This document shows positions 39,267 through 49,108 of a DNA stretch of 64,000 nucleotides, piece after piece. The notes beneath the pieces are model-generated. The model had not been told where the DNA came from and did not search any database. It was given only the letters and a program-made list of their open reading frames with translations. The number at the start of each line of letters is the position of its first letter. Position 1 is the stretch's first letter. The stretch is from the NCBI GenBank assembly GCA_017541885.1, contig JAFXYF010000005.1, positions 7,835 through 71,834 on the forward strand, given 5' to 3'. Position numbers and translations under genes: made by a program. The DNA is from Bacilli bacterium (GTDB lineage: Bacteria; Bacillota_I; Bacilli_A; RF39; UBA660).

Positions 39267-40880
39267 ATGACTGATATAGAAATATCTAGAAATAGTAATA
39301 AGAAAAACATTATTGATGTTGCGAAAAAGATTGGATTAAAGAAGAATGATTTAGAGTTATATGGTAACTATAAAGCAAAGATTAAAAATAGTAATACTCG
39401 TAAAAAACAAGCTAAATTAATTCTTGTAACAGCAATTTCTCCTACTCCTATGGGAGAAGGTAAAACTACTGTAAGTATTGGGTTAGGAGATGCTTTAAAT
39501 CAATTAGGTAAAAAGATTATTATTGCATTACGTGAGCCATCTATGGGACCTGTATTTGGTATGAAGGGTGGAGCTACTGGTGGAGGTTATTCACAAGTTG
39601 TTCCTATGGAAGATATTAATCTTCATTTTACTGGTGATTTTCATGCGATTACATCAGCAAATAACTTAATTAGTGCAGCTATTGATAATCATATATATTT
39701 TGGAAATAAATTAGATATTCAAAATGTATTATTTAAAAGATGTTTAGATGTTAATGATAGAGCATTAAGAGACGTTGATCTTGGAACTAGAAGAGATAGT
39801 TTTACTATTACTTCTGCTTGTGAGATTATGGCACTTTTCTGTTTAGCTACTTCTTTAGATGATTTAAGAGCAAAGTTAGGAAATATCATTGTTGGAACTA
39901 ACAGTAAAGGTGAATATGTATATGTTCGTGATTTAAATATTGAAGGAAGTTTAGTTGCATTATTATTAGATGCATTTAAACCTAACTTAGTTCAAACTTT
40001 AGAGAATACTCCTACAATTATTCATGGAGGACCTTTTGCAAATATTGCTCATGGATGTAATAGTATTGTTGCGACAAAGACTGCTATGAGTTATGCAGAT
40101 TATGTAGTAACTGAGGCTGGATTCGGTGCTGATTTAGGTGCTGAGAAGTTCTTAGATATTAAATGTAGATTAGGTGGATTAAAACCTAATGTAGTTGTTT
40201 TAGTAGCAACTATTAAGGCTATGAAGTATCATGGTGGAGTACCTAAAGAAGATGTATTTGAAAAGAATAATGCTGCTCTAGAAAAAGGAATGGCTAACTT
40301 AGATAAACATTATGAGAATTTAAAGAAATATGGCGTTAATGTTATTGTTTGTTTAAATAAATTTAATACTGATACTGATGAAGAAATTGATATAGTACGT
40401 AAGCATTGTGAGAAGCTTGGATATGACTTTACTGTATCTAGTGCTTATGCTGATGGTGGTAGTGGAGCAATTGAATTAGCTCAAAAAGTTATTGATGCAC
40501 CTAAGGGTAAATTTAAAGTTCTTTATAAACTTGATAGTCCTATTGAAAGTAAAGTTAGAAAGATTTGTAAAGAAATATATGGAGCTAAAACTATTCACTT
40601 TAGTAAATTAGCAAAAGAGAAAATTGAAGATATAAAGAAAAATGGTCTAGCTAATCTTCCAATTTGTGTAGCAAAAACACAATATTCATTATCAGACGAT
40701 CCTAAAAAATTAGGAGTACCTAAAGATTTTGAAGTTACAGTTAGAGATGTTCAATTATATAATGGTGCTGGAATCATTACAGTTCTTCTTGGAGATATAA
40801 TGACAATGCCTGGACTTTCAAGAAAACCTAATTGTGAACTTATTGATGTAGTTGATGGTAACATTATAAATTTAAGCTAA
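39267..40880 (+). CDS. fhs: formate--tetrahydrofolate ligase
   Basis: About 537 aa with PTPMGEGKTT, the neighbouring GPVFGMKGGATGGGY box and the typical C-terminus. Start at ATG 39267 after AGAGGTGA. Confidence 0.95.
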   Translation: MTDIEISRNSNKKNIIDVAKKIGLKKNDLELYGNYKAKIKNSNTRKKQAKLILVTAISPTPMGEGKTTVSIGLGDALNQLGKKIIIALREPSMGPVFGMKGGATGGGYSQVVPMEDINLHFTGDFHAITSANNLISAAIDNHIYFGNKLDIQNVLFKRCLDVNDRALRDVDLGTRRDSFTITSACEIMALFCLATSLDDLRAKLGNIIVGTNSKGEYVYVRDLNIEGSLVALLLDAFKPNLVQTLENTPTIIHGGPFANIAHGCNSIVATKTAMSYADYVVTEAGFGADLGAEKFLDIKCRLGGLKPNVVVLVATIKAMKYHGGVPKEDVFEKNNAALEKGMANLDKHYENLKKYGVNVIVCLNKFNTDTDEEIDIVRKHCEKLGYDFTVSSAYADGGSGAIELAQKVIDAPKGKFKVLYKLDSPIESKVRKICKEIYGAKTIHFSKLAKEKIEDIKKNGLANLPICVAKTQYSLSDDPKKLGVPKDFEVTVRDVQLYNGAGIITVLLGDIMTMPGLSRKPNCELIDVVDGNIINLS

Positions 40881-40907
40881 AAAAAAGAACTCAATCGAGT
40901 TCTTTTT
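40881..40907. terminator. bidirectional terminator
   Basis: AAAGAACTC-AATC-GAGTTCTTT flanked by an A-run and a T-run, between convergent genes. Confidence 0.75.
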
Positions 40908-41649
40908 ATTTACATTCTTTTGTTTCAGGATTGTATGTACCTGTTTGACAAATACATGTATTATTATTTGGATCTTGTGTTGAACCTGTAGGACAAACTA
41001 TTGTTGTTGTACTTACTTCTACTGGTTCTCTTATAATAAAGTCTCCATAATAAGTTGTATCATTATAAATAATTGAATATTTATATTTTCCTGGAATATT
41101 TTGATGAGCAATTACTTCTTTTAAATCTAAGATCATATTTTTTACTACTTCATCTGAAACATTTTCATAAATATAATCTCTTACGTTTCTTGATATTGTT
41201 CCAGTAGTAGGCATATTCTTTTCTCTTAGAGTAATTGTTACTTTTGGTAATACTTTATTAGTTACTGTAATTTTTGCTTGATATGTTTTCTTTTTGTATG
41301 TAATTGAGTATGTATAAGTTCCTGCTTGATTTATATTAACACTTGAGGTATCTAATCCCTTTGATAATTGAGCTAACATTGTGTCACTTATTTGATCTGG
41401 ATTTTCTAAGTAATCTCTTACATTAGAACTTATTGGATTACCTGCTTCAATAGTTATATCTTTTACGATTATTTCATTTTTCTTTGCTTGTATTTGAGAT
41501 ATTTGTTGAGTAGAAACATCAATTGAATATGTTTTCTTAACTATAGTCTTTTTATCTTGACTCATAATAGTTCCACTGGTTACTAAAAATATACCCCAAA
41601 TGGCTATTACAATTGAAAAAATTTGCAATTCTCTACTATTCAATTTCAT
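40906..41649 (-). CDS. hypothetical signal-anchored protein with two internal repeats and a Cys-rich C-terminus
   Basis: 247 aa. After a TM anchor there are two roughly 70-aa repeats (ISSNVRDYLENPDQISD...GTYTYSITYKKKTYQAKITV and ISRNVRDYIYENVSDE...GKYKYSIIYNDTTYYGDFII). The C-terminus is CPTGSTQDPNNNTCICQTGTYNPETKEC. Confidence 0.5.
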   Translation of the reverse strand: MKLNSRELQIFSIVIAIWGIFLVTSGTIMSQDKKTIVKKTYSIDVSTQQISQIQAKKNEIIVKDITIEAGNPISSNVRDYLENPDQISDTMLAQLSKGLDTSSVNINQAGTYTYSITYKKKTYQAKITVTNKVLPKVTITLREKNMPTTGTISRNVRDYIYENVSDEVVKNMILDLKEVIAHQNIPGKYKYSIIYNDTTYYGDFIIREPVEVSTTTIVCPTGSTQDPNNNTCICQTGTYNPETKECK

Positions 41650-41773
41650 AGTCCCACTCCTATCTTACTTTTATTATAATATAAGAATTTTAAGCTAAAG
41701 AGTAAATTTGACACTTTTTTGTTGAAAATGACACTTATTTGACATATAATTTAGGTAGAAAGAGGTGAGTTTG

Positions 41774-42199
41774 ATGTCTTATACAATTGCTTGGTTTATT
41801 GCATTCTTAGTTTTACTATTTATTGAGATAATTACAGTTAATCTTGTAACTATATGGTTTGCAGTTGGAGCTTTAGCTGCATTTATTACATCTTTAGTTA
41901 CTGAATCATTCATTATTCAAATGATTGTATTCTTAGTTATTAGTGTAATTGCCTTACTTGTTACTAAGCCATTAATTAAGAAATTCAAAGGGTTTCAAGT
42001 AACTCCAACCAATTTTGATAGAGTAATTGGTCAAGAAGGAGAAGTTACAAAGAAAATTGGAAAGAACGAGTATGGTGAGGTAAAAGTATTTGGTAATACT
42101 TGGACTGCATATTCTAAACAAACTATTAAAGAGGGCGAGAAAGTAAAAGTCCTTGATATTGAAGGGGTTAAACTTATTGTAGAGAAGGAGGATAAATAA
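41774..42199 (+). CDS. NfeD-family membrane protein
   Basis: About 141 aa. Three TM segments and a C-terminal OB-like domain (GEVKVFGNTWTAYS). It directly precedes an SPFH gene, the conserved pairing. Confidence 0.8.
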   Translation: MSYTIAWFIAFLVLLFIEIITVNLVTIWFAVGALAAFITSLVTESFIIQMIVFLVISVIALLVTKPLIKKFKGFQVTPTNFDRVIGQEGEVTKKIGKNEYGEVKVFGNTWTAYSKQTIKEGEKVKVLDIEGVKLIVEKEDK

Positions 42200-42200
42200 G

Positions 42201-43082
42201 ATGGGATACGGTTTAATAATTATTATTGTACTTGTAGCGATTGCTGCAGCAGGAATTAAAATAATTCCACAATCAAAAGCTTATGTTGTTGAAAGATTAG
42301 GTGCATATCATAGAACTATGCAAACTGGACTTCGTTATGTAGTGCCTTTTATTGAAAGAGTTGCTAATAACGTTAGTTTAAAAGAAATTGTTAAAGATTT
42401 TGCTCCACAACCTGTTATTACAAAAGATAATGTTACTATGCAAATTGATACAGTAGTTTATTTCCAAATTACTGATCCAAAATTATATACTTATGGAGTT
42501 GAAAATCCAATTAATGCAATTGAGAATTTAACTGCAACAACATTACGTAATATTATTGGTGAACTTGAATTAGATGAAACTTTGACTTCTAGAGATGTTA
42601 TTAATACTAAGATGAGAAGTATACTTGATGAGGCTACTGATCCTTGGGGTGTTAAAGTAAATCGTGTGGAGGTTAAGAATATTATTCCTCCTAGAGATAT
42701 TCAAGAATCTATGGAAAAACAAATGAGAGCTGAACGTGAAAGACGTGAAGCTATACTTAAAGCAGAGGGAGAAAAGAAAGCTGCTATCTTAATTGCTGAA
42801 GGTGAAAAAGAGAGTATGATTTTAAGAGCTGATGCTCAAAAAGCTGCTAGAATTAAAGATGCTGAAGGACAAGCTGAAGCTATTGTTAAGATTCAAGAAG
42901 CTACTGCTCAAGGTTTAAAATTATTAAAAGAAGCTAAAATGGATGATGCAGTATTAAAACTTAAGAGTTATGAAGCATTAGTTAATATGGCTAATGGAAA
43001 TGCTACTAAGTTAATTGTTCCTGCAGATTTACAAGGAATAGTTACTGCTGGTTCTGCTATAGCTGAATCACTTAAAAAATAA
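42201..43082 (+). CDS. SPFH/band-7 (stomatin-like) protein
   Basis: 293 aa with an N-terminal TM helix and an SPFH core (VVERLGAYHRT..., TKDNVTMQIDTVVYFQITDP). The C-terminal tail is an Ala/Glu-rich coiled coil. Confidence 0.9.
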   Translation: MGYGLIIIIVLVAIAAAGIKIIPQSKAYVVERLGAYHRTMQTGLRYVVPFIERVANNVSLKEIVKDFAPQPVITKDNVTMQIDTVVYFQITDPKLYTYGVENPINAIENLTATTLRNIIGELELDETLTSRDVINTKMRSILDEATDPWGVKVNRVEVKNIIPPRDIQESMEKQMRAERERREAILKAEGEKKAAILIAEGEKESMILRADAQKAARIKDAEGQAEAIVKIQEATAQGLKLLKEAKMDDAVLKLKSYEALVNMANGNATKLIVPADLQGIVTAGSAIAESLKK

Positions 43083-43156
43083 TTATTAACAATCCACAAA
43101 TATGTGGATTGTTTTTTTGTCTCTTTTTGGTATAATGAAGATAAGAGGTGAAGTAA

Positions 43157-43627
43157 ATGGCAAATAAAGTAGAAAATAAGTTTTGTCCAAATTGCGGAAA
43201 TAAGTTAGATGAGAATGGAGTATGTACTAAATGTAATCCAGTAAAAGAAGAAGCTAAACCAGTAGAAGTTGTAAACAATACAACAGCTCCTAAAAAGGGT
43301 AATGGAATGGCTCTTGCAGGATTTATTATTTCACTTGTTTCAGTATTATTATGTTGCGGTGGATTTAGCTGGTTAGGTTTAATTTTCTCAATCGTTGGTG
43401 TTGTTAAAGCAAAACAAGTTGATGGTAAGGGAAAAGGTTTAGGTATAGCTGGTATTATTATTTCTTCTATCGGTATGATTTTAGTTATCGTAGCAATTAT
43501 TTTAATTCCGGTAATTGGTCAATATGTTTCTGATCAAGTAAATGATGAATGGAATAGCTATAGTGATAATTATGACTATGACTATGATTATGATGACTAT
43601 GATTATAGTGACTATTGGGATTATTAA
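43157..43627 (+). CDS. zinc-ribbon plus DUF4190-like membrane protein with an Asp/Tyr repeat tail
   Basis: 156 aa. N-terminal CPNCG...CTKC zinc ribbon, two TM helices (GMALAGFIISLVSVLL..., GIAGIIISSIGMILVIV) and the C-terminal tail DNYDYDYDYDDYDYSDYWDY. Confidence 0.6.
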   Translation: MANKVENKFCPNCGNKLDENGVCTKCNPVKEEAKPVEVVNNTTAPKKGNGMALAGFIISLVSVLLCCGGFSWLGLIFSIVGVVKAKQVDGKGKGLGIAGIIISSIGMILVIVAIILIPVIGQYVSDQVNDEWNSYSDNYDYDYDYDDYDYSDYWDY

Positions 43628-43656
43628 AAAAGAGACTTGTTAGTCTCTTTTTTTTG
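43626..43656. terminator. bidirectional terminator
   Basis: AAAAGAGACT-TGTT-AGTCTCTTTT between convergent genes. Confidence 0.75.
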
Positions 43657-44578
43657 CTTTAATTCCTTGATAAGTATCTCTTCTTACCATTTCTTTATCT
43701 ATATCATTTAATACACAGAATTTTTTTACTAACCAATTAGGTTCTACTAATTCATCTAATTTTGGATCTCCTGTGATTCTATGAATTACTATTTCTGGTC
43801 TTAGATATTCTAATTGATCTATGACAATATCTATATATTCTTCTTTAGAAAGTAATTTAAATTTTTCTTCTTTATACATTTTTTCTATTGGAGTATCTTT
43901 TGTAATACTTAACATATGTATTTTAATTCCTTGAATATCTAAATCGTTTAAATACTTAACTGTATTTATCATATCTTCTTTTGTTTCATATGGTAGACCA
44001 TTAATAATGTGTACTATGACATCAATATTTCTACTTCTTAATTTTTTTACCATATTTTCAAAACATTCTAGAGTATGACATCTATTAATTAGTTTAGATG
44101 TTTTTTCATTTGTTGTTTGTAATCCTAATTCTATTGTAAGATATGTTCTTTTGTTTAAATCTTCTAAATAATCTAAACATTCGTCTGTAATAGAGTCTGG
44201 TCTTGTTGCAATATTTAATCCAATAACATTTTCTTGTTTTAGAATTGGTTCATATACTTTTTTTAATTCTTCTACTGGAGCATAGGTATTAGTTCTTGCT
44301 TGAAAGTAACCAATATATTTTGCTTTAGGCCATTTCTTTAACATTACCTCTTTAATATCGTTAAATTGTTTTACAATATTATCTTCTTTATTACCAGCAA
44401 ACTCTCCACTGCCTGTTTTAGAACAATAAATACATCCACCATACCCAACAGTTCCATCTATATTTGGACAAGAAAAGCCAGCGTTTAAACTTACTTTAAA
44501 CACTTTTTCATTAAATCTATTTTTATAATAATAATCTAGAGTATGATATCTTTTGTTTGTATTTGAATATTTAAACAT
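43640..44578 (-). CDS. TIGR01212-family radical SAM protein
   Basis: 312 aa. The FSCPNIDGTVGYGGCIYCS cluster and the overall length and pattern match the YtqA/YhcC-type radical SAM family. Confidence 0.85.
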   Translation of the reverse strand: MFKYSNTNKRYHTLDYYYKNRFNEKVFKVSLNAGFSCPNIDGTVGYGGCIYCSKTGSGEFAGNKEDNIVKQFNDIKEVMLKKWPKAKYIGYFQARTNTYAPVEELKKVYEPILKQENVIGLNIATRPDSITDECLDYLEDLNKRTYLTIELGLQTTNEKTSKLINRCHTLECFENMVKKLRSRNIDVIVHIINGLPYETKEDMINTVKYLNDLDIQGIKIHMLSITKDTPIEKMYKEEKFKLLSKEEYIDIVIDQLEYLRPEIVIHRITGDPKLDELVEPNWLVKKFCVLNDIDKEMVRRDTYQGIKAKKRD

Positions 44579-44658
44579 AAATTTCTCCTTGTCAAATCAT
44601 AGTGTATTCTATCATAAAGAGTAGTTTTTTACAATAAATTGTGGTATTATTAAGCTAG

Positions 44659-45798
44659 GTGGTAAGCTTGAAAAAGATAAGTAGTATACGTATAAAACCT
44701 AGGTTTGCAGCTATATTAAAAATATTTGGATTTTTAATTGTTCTTTTTCTTGCAATATTCATATTTTATAGATATCAAATATCTACATTAACTAAGTTAG
44801 AATATAGTGAAGAGGCTAGTAATAAAATACTTTTTTCTGGTTATAAAAGAAAAGTATTAGATATTGGTAAAAGTAAAACTTTGAATGCTGCTTTTGAGAG
44901 TGAATATTTTAAAGAAAAATATTTAAATAATTATGCTAAAATTAAATATATAGAGCAAGATCATTTAATTGAAAATATTAATAAATTATTAAAAGTTGGA
45001 TATAGTAATCATGAGATTAATATTATTTTAAGTCATGGTACTAGTGAAAGTGTTAGTGAATTTGCGAAGAGAGATAAAGTTAGATACTTAGAGGAATATT
45101 TCTCTTATGATTTTGCTAAATTAGAAAACTATGATAGATATATACAGTATTCTGATGAAACTGGAGAAGATGAATTAGAAACTATTTTATATATTAACTT
45201 AAATCTTGATAAACCTGATTACGAATATACTGAACTTGTTAAAGATTTTAGTATAGATATGTTAATTAATAAACATAGAAATTTAGGAGAAGATTTTGTT
45301 CCTGAAGATTTAACTACTATACCTTCAGAGTATGCTGCAGAAAATGATTTTGAATGTAGTAGACTTGCTTTAAATGCATTTATTGAAATGAATAATGCAG
45401 CTACTAAAGATGGTTATAGTTTAATTATTAATTCAGCTTATCGTAGTTATCAGGATCAAGTAGATTTAGTTGAATTATATAGAAGAAGTTATGGAGACTC
45501 TTATGTAGAAAAGTATGTTGCTTTGCCTGGATTTTCAGAGCATCAAACAGGACTTGCATTTGATATAGGTAGTCGTAGAAGTAATATATTTGCAAATTCC
45601 AAAGAATATATTTGGATGAAGGATAATGCTTATAAATATGGTTTTGTTATGAGATATGATGAAAGATATCAAGATCTTACTGAATTTAGAAAAGAACCTT
45701 GGCATTATAGATATGTTGGTAAAGACATAGCAAAATATATTTATGAACATAATAATATGTCATTAGAAGAGTATTTTGTGATATTCTTAGATAAGTAG
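44659..45798 (+). CDS. M15B (VanY-type) D-alanyl-D-alanine carboxypeptidase, membrane anchored
   Basis: About 377 aa with an N-terminal TM helix. The C-terminal domain has SAYRSY, SEHQTGLAFD and EPWHYRYVG motifs. The start is GTG 44659 or TTG 44668. Confidence 0.85.
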   Translation: MVSLKKISSIRIKPRFAAILKIFGFLIVLFLAIFIFYRYQISTLTKLEYSEEASNKILFSGYKRKVLDIGKSKTLNAAFESEYFKEKYLNNYAKIKYIEQDHLIENINKLLKVGYSNHEINIILSHGTSESVSEFAKRDKVRYLEEYFSYDFAKLENYDRYIQYSDETGEDELETILYINLNLDKPDYEYTELVKDFSIDMLINKHRNLGEDFVPEDLTTIPSEYAAENDFECSRLALNAFIEMNNAATKDGYSLIINSAYRSYQDQVDLVELYRRSYGDSYVEKYVALPGFSEHQTGLAFDIGSRRSNIFANSKEYIWMKDNAYKYGFVMRYDERYQDLTEFRKEPWHYRYVGKDIAKYIYEHNNMSLEEYFVIFLDK

Positions 45799-45809
45799 AG
45801 GGTGATTTT

Positions 45810-46541
45810 ATGGTATGTAAAAATTGTGGTGCCGACTTAAAACCTGGAATTAAATATTGTTTAGAGTGTGGAAGTTATATTGATGAAGAAGAGGATGTTG
45901 AAGTAGAAGAAGAAAATGAAGAATTATCTACTGAATATAAGCCTATAGAATTTAGAGATATTGAAAAACCTAAGAGAAAGAAAAGAAAACTAAACTTAAC
46001 AACAACTGATTATTTAATATATGCTGGATTATTAATAGTACTTATTGGATCTATTATTGTAATTATTGTGGCTGTTGTTAGTAGTAATAATGCTAATAAA
46101 CAAGTACAAGATCCATCTTCTCTTGTATCACAAACTGCAAAGACTTTAACAATTGATAATTATACTGTTAAAGTACCTGCTGGAGTGAATCCTACAGTAG
46201 ATGGTTCTACTTTATCAGTTTCTGATAATAGAAATTATTCATTTAGTTATACTTTACAACAACAAAGTTTTAGTAACTATGTAAATGATCATTCTATTAT
46301 AGAGAATGAATTAAAAGCTGCTAATCATCAGATTAATAGTTTTACTGATAAAGATGTAAATGGTAAAAAATTCTTAATCTATGATATTACTGTTAATGGA
46401 GAAAGAGAATACTTTTATATTACAAAAACAAATGATAAATATACTGCTGTTGGAGTTATTACAATTCTTACTAATGGTAACTGGGAACTTGCTTTAAATG
46501 TAATAGATGAGATTAATCAAACAGTAACATTTCAGTCTTAA
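45810..46541 (+). CDS. zinc-ribbon membrane protein (hypothetical)
   Basis: 243 aa. N-terminal CKNCG...CLECG zinc ribbon, an acidic linker, one TM helix and an extracytoplasmic domain of unknown family. Confidence 0.5.
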   Translation: MVCKNCGADLKPGIKYCLECGSYIDEEEDVEVEEENEELSTEYKPIEFRDIEKPKRKKRKLNLTTTDYLIYAGLLIVLIGSIIVIIVAVVSSNNANKQVQDPSSLVSQTAKTLTIDNYTVKVPAGVNPTVDGSTLSVSDNRNYSFSYTLQQQSFSNYVNDHSIIENELKAANHQINSFTDKDVNGKKFLIYDITVNGEREYFYITKTNDKYTAVGVITILTNGNWELALNVIDEINQTVTFQS

Positions 46542-46615
46542 TTAATAAAAATAGCTATTGGCTATTTTTTTTTATTGTGTTAGAATGTTATTAGAATAAT
46601 AAGAAGGTGTTGGAT

Positions 46616-49036
46616 ATGTATCCTCTTGGAAAACAATTCGAAGTAGATTATTCAAAAGCTAAGAGTGATAAGAAAGCGGTAATACAAGGACAAAGATTCC
46701 GTATTTCTATTATTAGTGAACGTATTGTTAGACTTGAATATTCTCCTAATGGACAATTCTTAGATAAACCAACACAACTGGTAAGAAGAAGAAATATCGG
46801 ACTACCAGATTTTTCTGTGCGTCAAGATGCTAATGTACTTGAGATTAGTACTAAGTATTTTGCTTTAAGTTATATAAAAGAACAGCCTTATATTGGAACT
46901 AAAGTAGATCCAATGAAGACTTTAAAGATTACATTATTATCAAGAGATAGAGATCGTAGAAAAGATTGGTATGTAGGACATCCTGAAGCTAGAAACTTAT
47001 TAGGTAATATGGTTAGTGTTGATGTTAATATTCCACCTAATCTACAAAAAGGACTATACTCTATTGATGGTTTTGCATCTATTGATGATAGTTATAGTAG
47101 AACTATTGAAGAAGATGGTACTTTAGGACCTGTAATGCAAAATCACTTTGATATGTATGTATTTATGTATGATAGAGATTTTAGACAGACATTATTTGAT
47201 TATTTCAAGATGACTGGTGCTCCTGCTTTAATTCCTAGATATGCATTAGGAAACTGGTGGAGTAGAAATACTCTATATAGTGATGATAGTCTACATGACT
47301 TGATTCGTCACTTTGAGAGAGATACAATTCCTATTTCAGTTATGTTATTTGATCATGATTGGCATATTAGAAATACTGAGACTGAAAAGAGATTAAAAGT
47401 AGGATATACATTTAATAATGAATTAATTAAAGATCCAAAAGCTATGATTGAAGAATTCCATAGAAGAGGTATTCGTGTTGGACTTGTAGTTAATCCTACT
47501 GGAGGTATATATCCTCATGAAATGTATTATCCACAAGCTAGTCAATATTTAGGTGTTACTGATGGATCTATTATTCCATTTGATCCATTAAATCCTAAAC
47601 ATATAGACGTATTATTTAAGATGTTCTTACACCCATTAGAGGCTCAAGGAGTTGACTTCTTCTGGAATGATTCTACTGGTAATATGGATGTTACTCAGTT
47701 ATGGGCATTAAATCATTATATGTACTTAGACTCTGGTCGTAATAGTAATGAAAGAGCTCTTATCTTAGGTAGAAGTGGAGTATTTGCTCCTCATAGATAT
47801 CCAGTACTATATGGAGGATCTTCTGAAGTTAGTTGGAAGGCATTAAAATCATTACCTTTCCAATACTTGAATGCTGCGAATATCGGAGTTTCTTGGTGGA
47901 GTCATGATGTTGGTGGTAACCATGGTGGAAGTGAAGATGGTGAACTTTATATTAGATATGTTCAATTAAGTACTTTTGGACCAATACTAAGATTCCATAG
48001 TGCTAGAGGAAGATATTATAAAAAGGAACCTTGGGTATGGGATGCTAAAACATTTAATATTGCAGCTCATTATTTAAGACTTAGACATAGATTAATACCT
48101 TATATTTATACTGAGGCATATAATTATACAAAGTCTGGTGTTCCTTTAATTCAACCATTCTATTATAATTACATGTGGGTTTATGATGATGATTTATATA
48201 GAAATCAATATTACTTTGGTTCACAATTATTAGTATGTCCAATACTAGAACCAAAAGATCCTATAATGAACCGTACAATTCATAGATTCTTTGTACCTGA
48301 TGGTATTTGGTATGACTGGGTTTCTGGTAAGAAGTTCCCAGGAAATAAGAAGTATGTAGCATTCTTTAAAGAGGATGATTATCCAGTATTTGCTCATGCA
48401 GGTAGTATTATTCCTATCTCTAACAGAAGTGACTATAATAATATTGGTTTACCTACTGATTTAGAGATTCAAATATTCCCTGGAGTAAGTAACACATATA
48501 CTTTATATGAAGATGATGGTACTACAGCATTATATCGTGAAGGATACTTCTTAAAGACATCAATTGACTATAACTACATGAGAGATAACTTTACTGTAAT
48601 TATAAGATCTGTTGATGGTAAGAGTGGTATTGCTCCTGAAAGACGTAATTATAAGATTGTATTTAGAAATACTAAAGCTGCTGAAAGTGTAGTAGCAGCA
48701 TTTAATAATCAAAAACTTGAATGTACTAATTATGTAGATGGTAATGACTTTGTAGTTGAAGTTAAAGCAGTTCCAACTATTGGACAATTAACTATTAACT
48801 GTAAGGGTAAAGATATTGAAATTGATGCAGTACGTTTAATTAATGATGAATTAGATAGTGTACTTATGGACTTAAAGATTGATACATATATGAAAGAAGA
48901 TATTGCGAAGATAATCTTCTCAGATACTACTGTTGATAAGAAGAGAATTGCTATTCGTAAGCTTAAGAAGACAGGTCTTTCTAAAGAACATATTGGATTA
49001 TTCTTGAAGTTACTTGATTACATGAATGATATTTAA
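46616..49036 (+). CDS. glycoside hydrolase family 31-like alpha-glycosidase
   Basis: About 806 aa. GVDFFWNDS and WWSHDVGG boxes and the overall layout (N-terminal beta domain, TIM barrel, C-terminal beta domains) resemble GH31. No signal peptide. Start at ATG 46616 after GAAGGTG. Confidence 0.75.
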   Translation: MYPLGKQFEVDYSKAKSDKKAVIQGQRFRISIISERIVRLEYSPNGQFLDKPTQLVRRRNIGLPDFSVRQDANVLEISTKYFALSYIKEQPYIGTKVDPMKTLKITLLSRDRDRRKDWYVGHPEARNLLGNMVSVDVNIPPNLQKGLYSIDGFASIDDSYSRTIEEDGTLGPVMQNHFDMYVFMYDRDFRQTLFDYFKMTGAPALIPRYALGNWWSRNTLYSDDSLHDLIRHFERDTIPISVMLFDHDWHIRNTETEKRLKVGYTFNNELIKDPKAMIEEFHRRGIRVGLVVNPTGGIYPHEMYYPQASQYLGVTDGSIIPFDPLNPKHIDVLFKMFLHPLEAQGVDFFWNDSTGNMDVTQLWALNHYMYLDSGRNSNERALILGRSGVFAPHRYPVLYGGSSEVSWKALKSLPFQYLNAANIGVSWWSHDVGGNHGGSEDGELYIRYVQLSTFGPILRFHSARGRYYKKEPWVWDAKTFNIAAHYLRLRHRLIPYIYTEAYNYTKSGVPLIQPFYYNYMWVYDDDLYRNQYYFGSQLLVCPILEPKDPIMNRTIHRFFVPDGIWYDWVSGKKFPGNKKYVAFFKEDDYPVFAHAGSIIPISNRSDYNNIGLPTDLEIQIFPGVSNTYTLYEDDGTTALYREGYFLKTSIDYNYMRDNFTVIIRSVDGKSGIAPERRNYKIVFRNTKAAESVVAAFNNQKLECTNYVDGNDFVVEVKAVPTIGQLTINCKGKDIEIDAVRLINDELDSVLMDLKIDTYMKEDIAKIIFSDTTVDKKRIAIRKLKKTGLSKEHIGLFLKLLDYMNDI

Positions 49037-49108
49037 AAAGAGATATTTAATATCTCTTTTTTTATTTAATAATATGTTATAATTTGTTTATAGTAGGAGA
49101 GTATAGTT
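49033..49108 (+). repeat. copy 1 of the duplicated terminator-promoter-RBS cassette
   Basis: Hairpin AAAAAGAGATA-TTTAA-TATCTCTTTTT (49035-49061), then TTAATAATATGTTATAAT (extended -10 TGTTATAAT) and AGGAG. It is nearly identical to 51619-51696. Confidence 0.85.
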
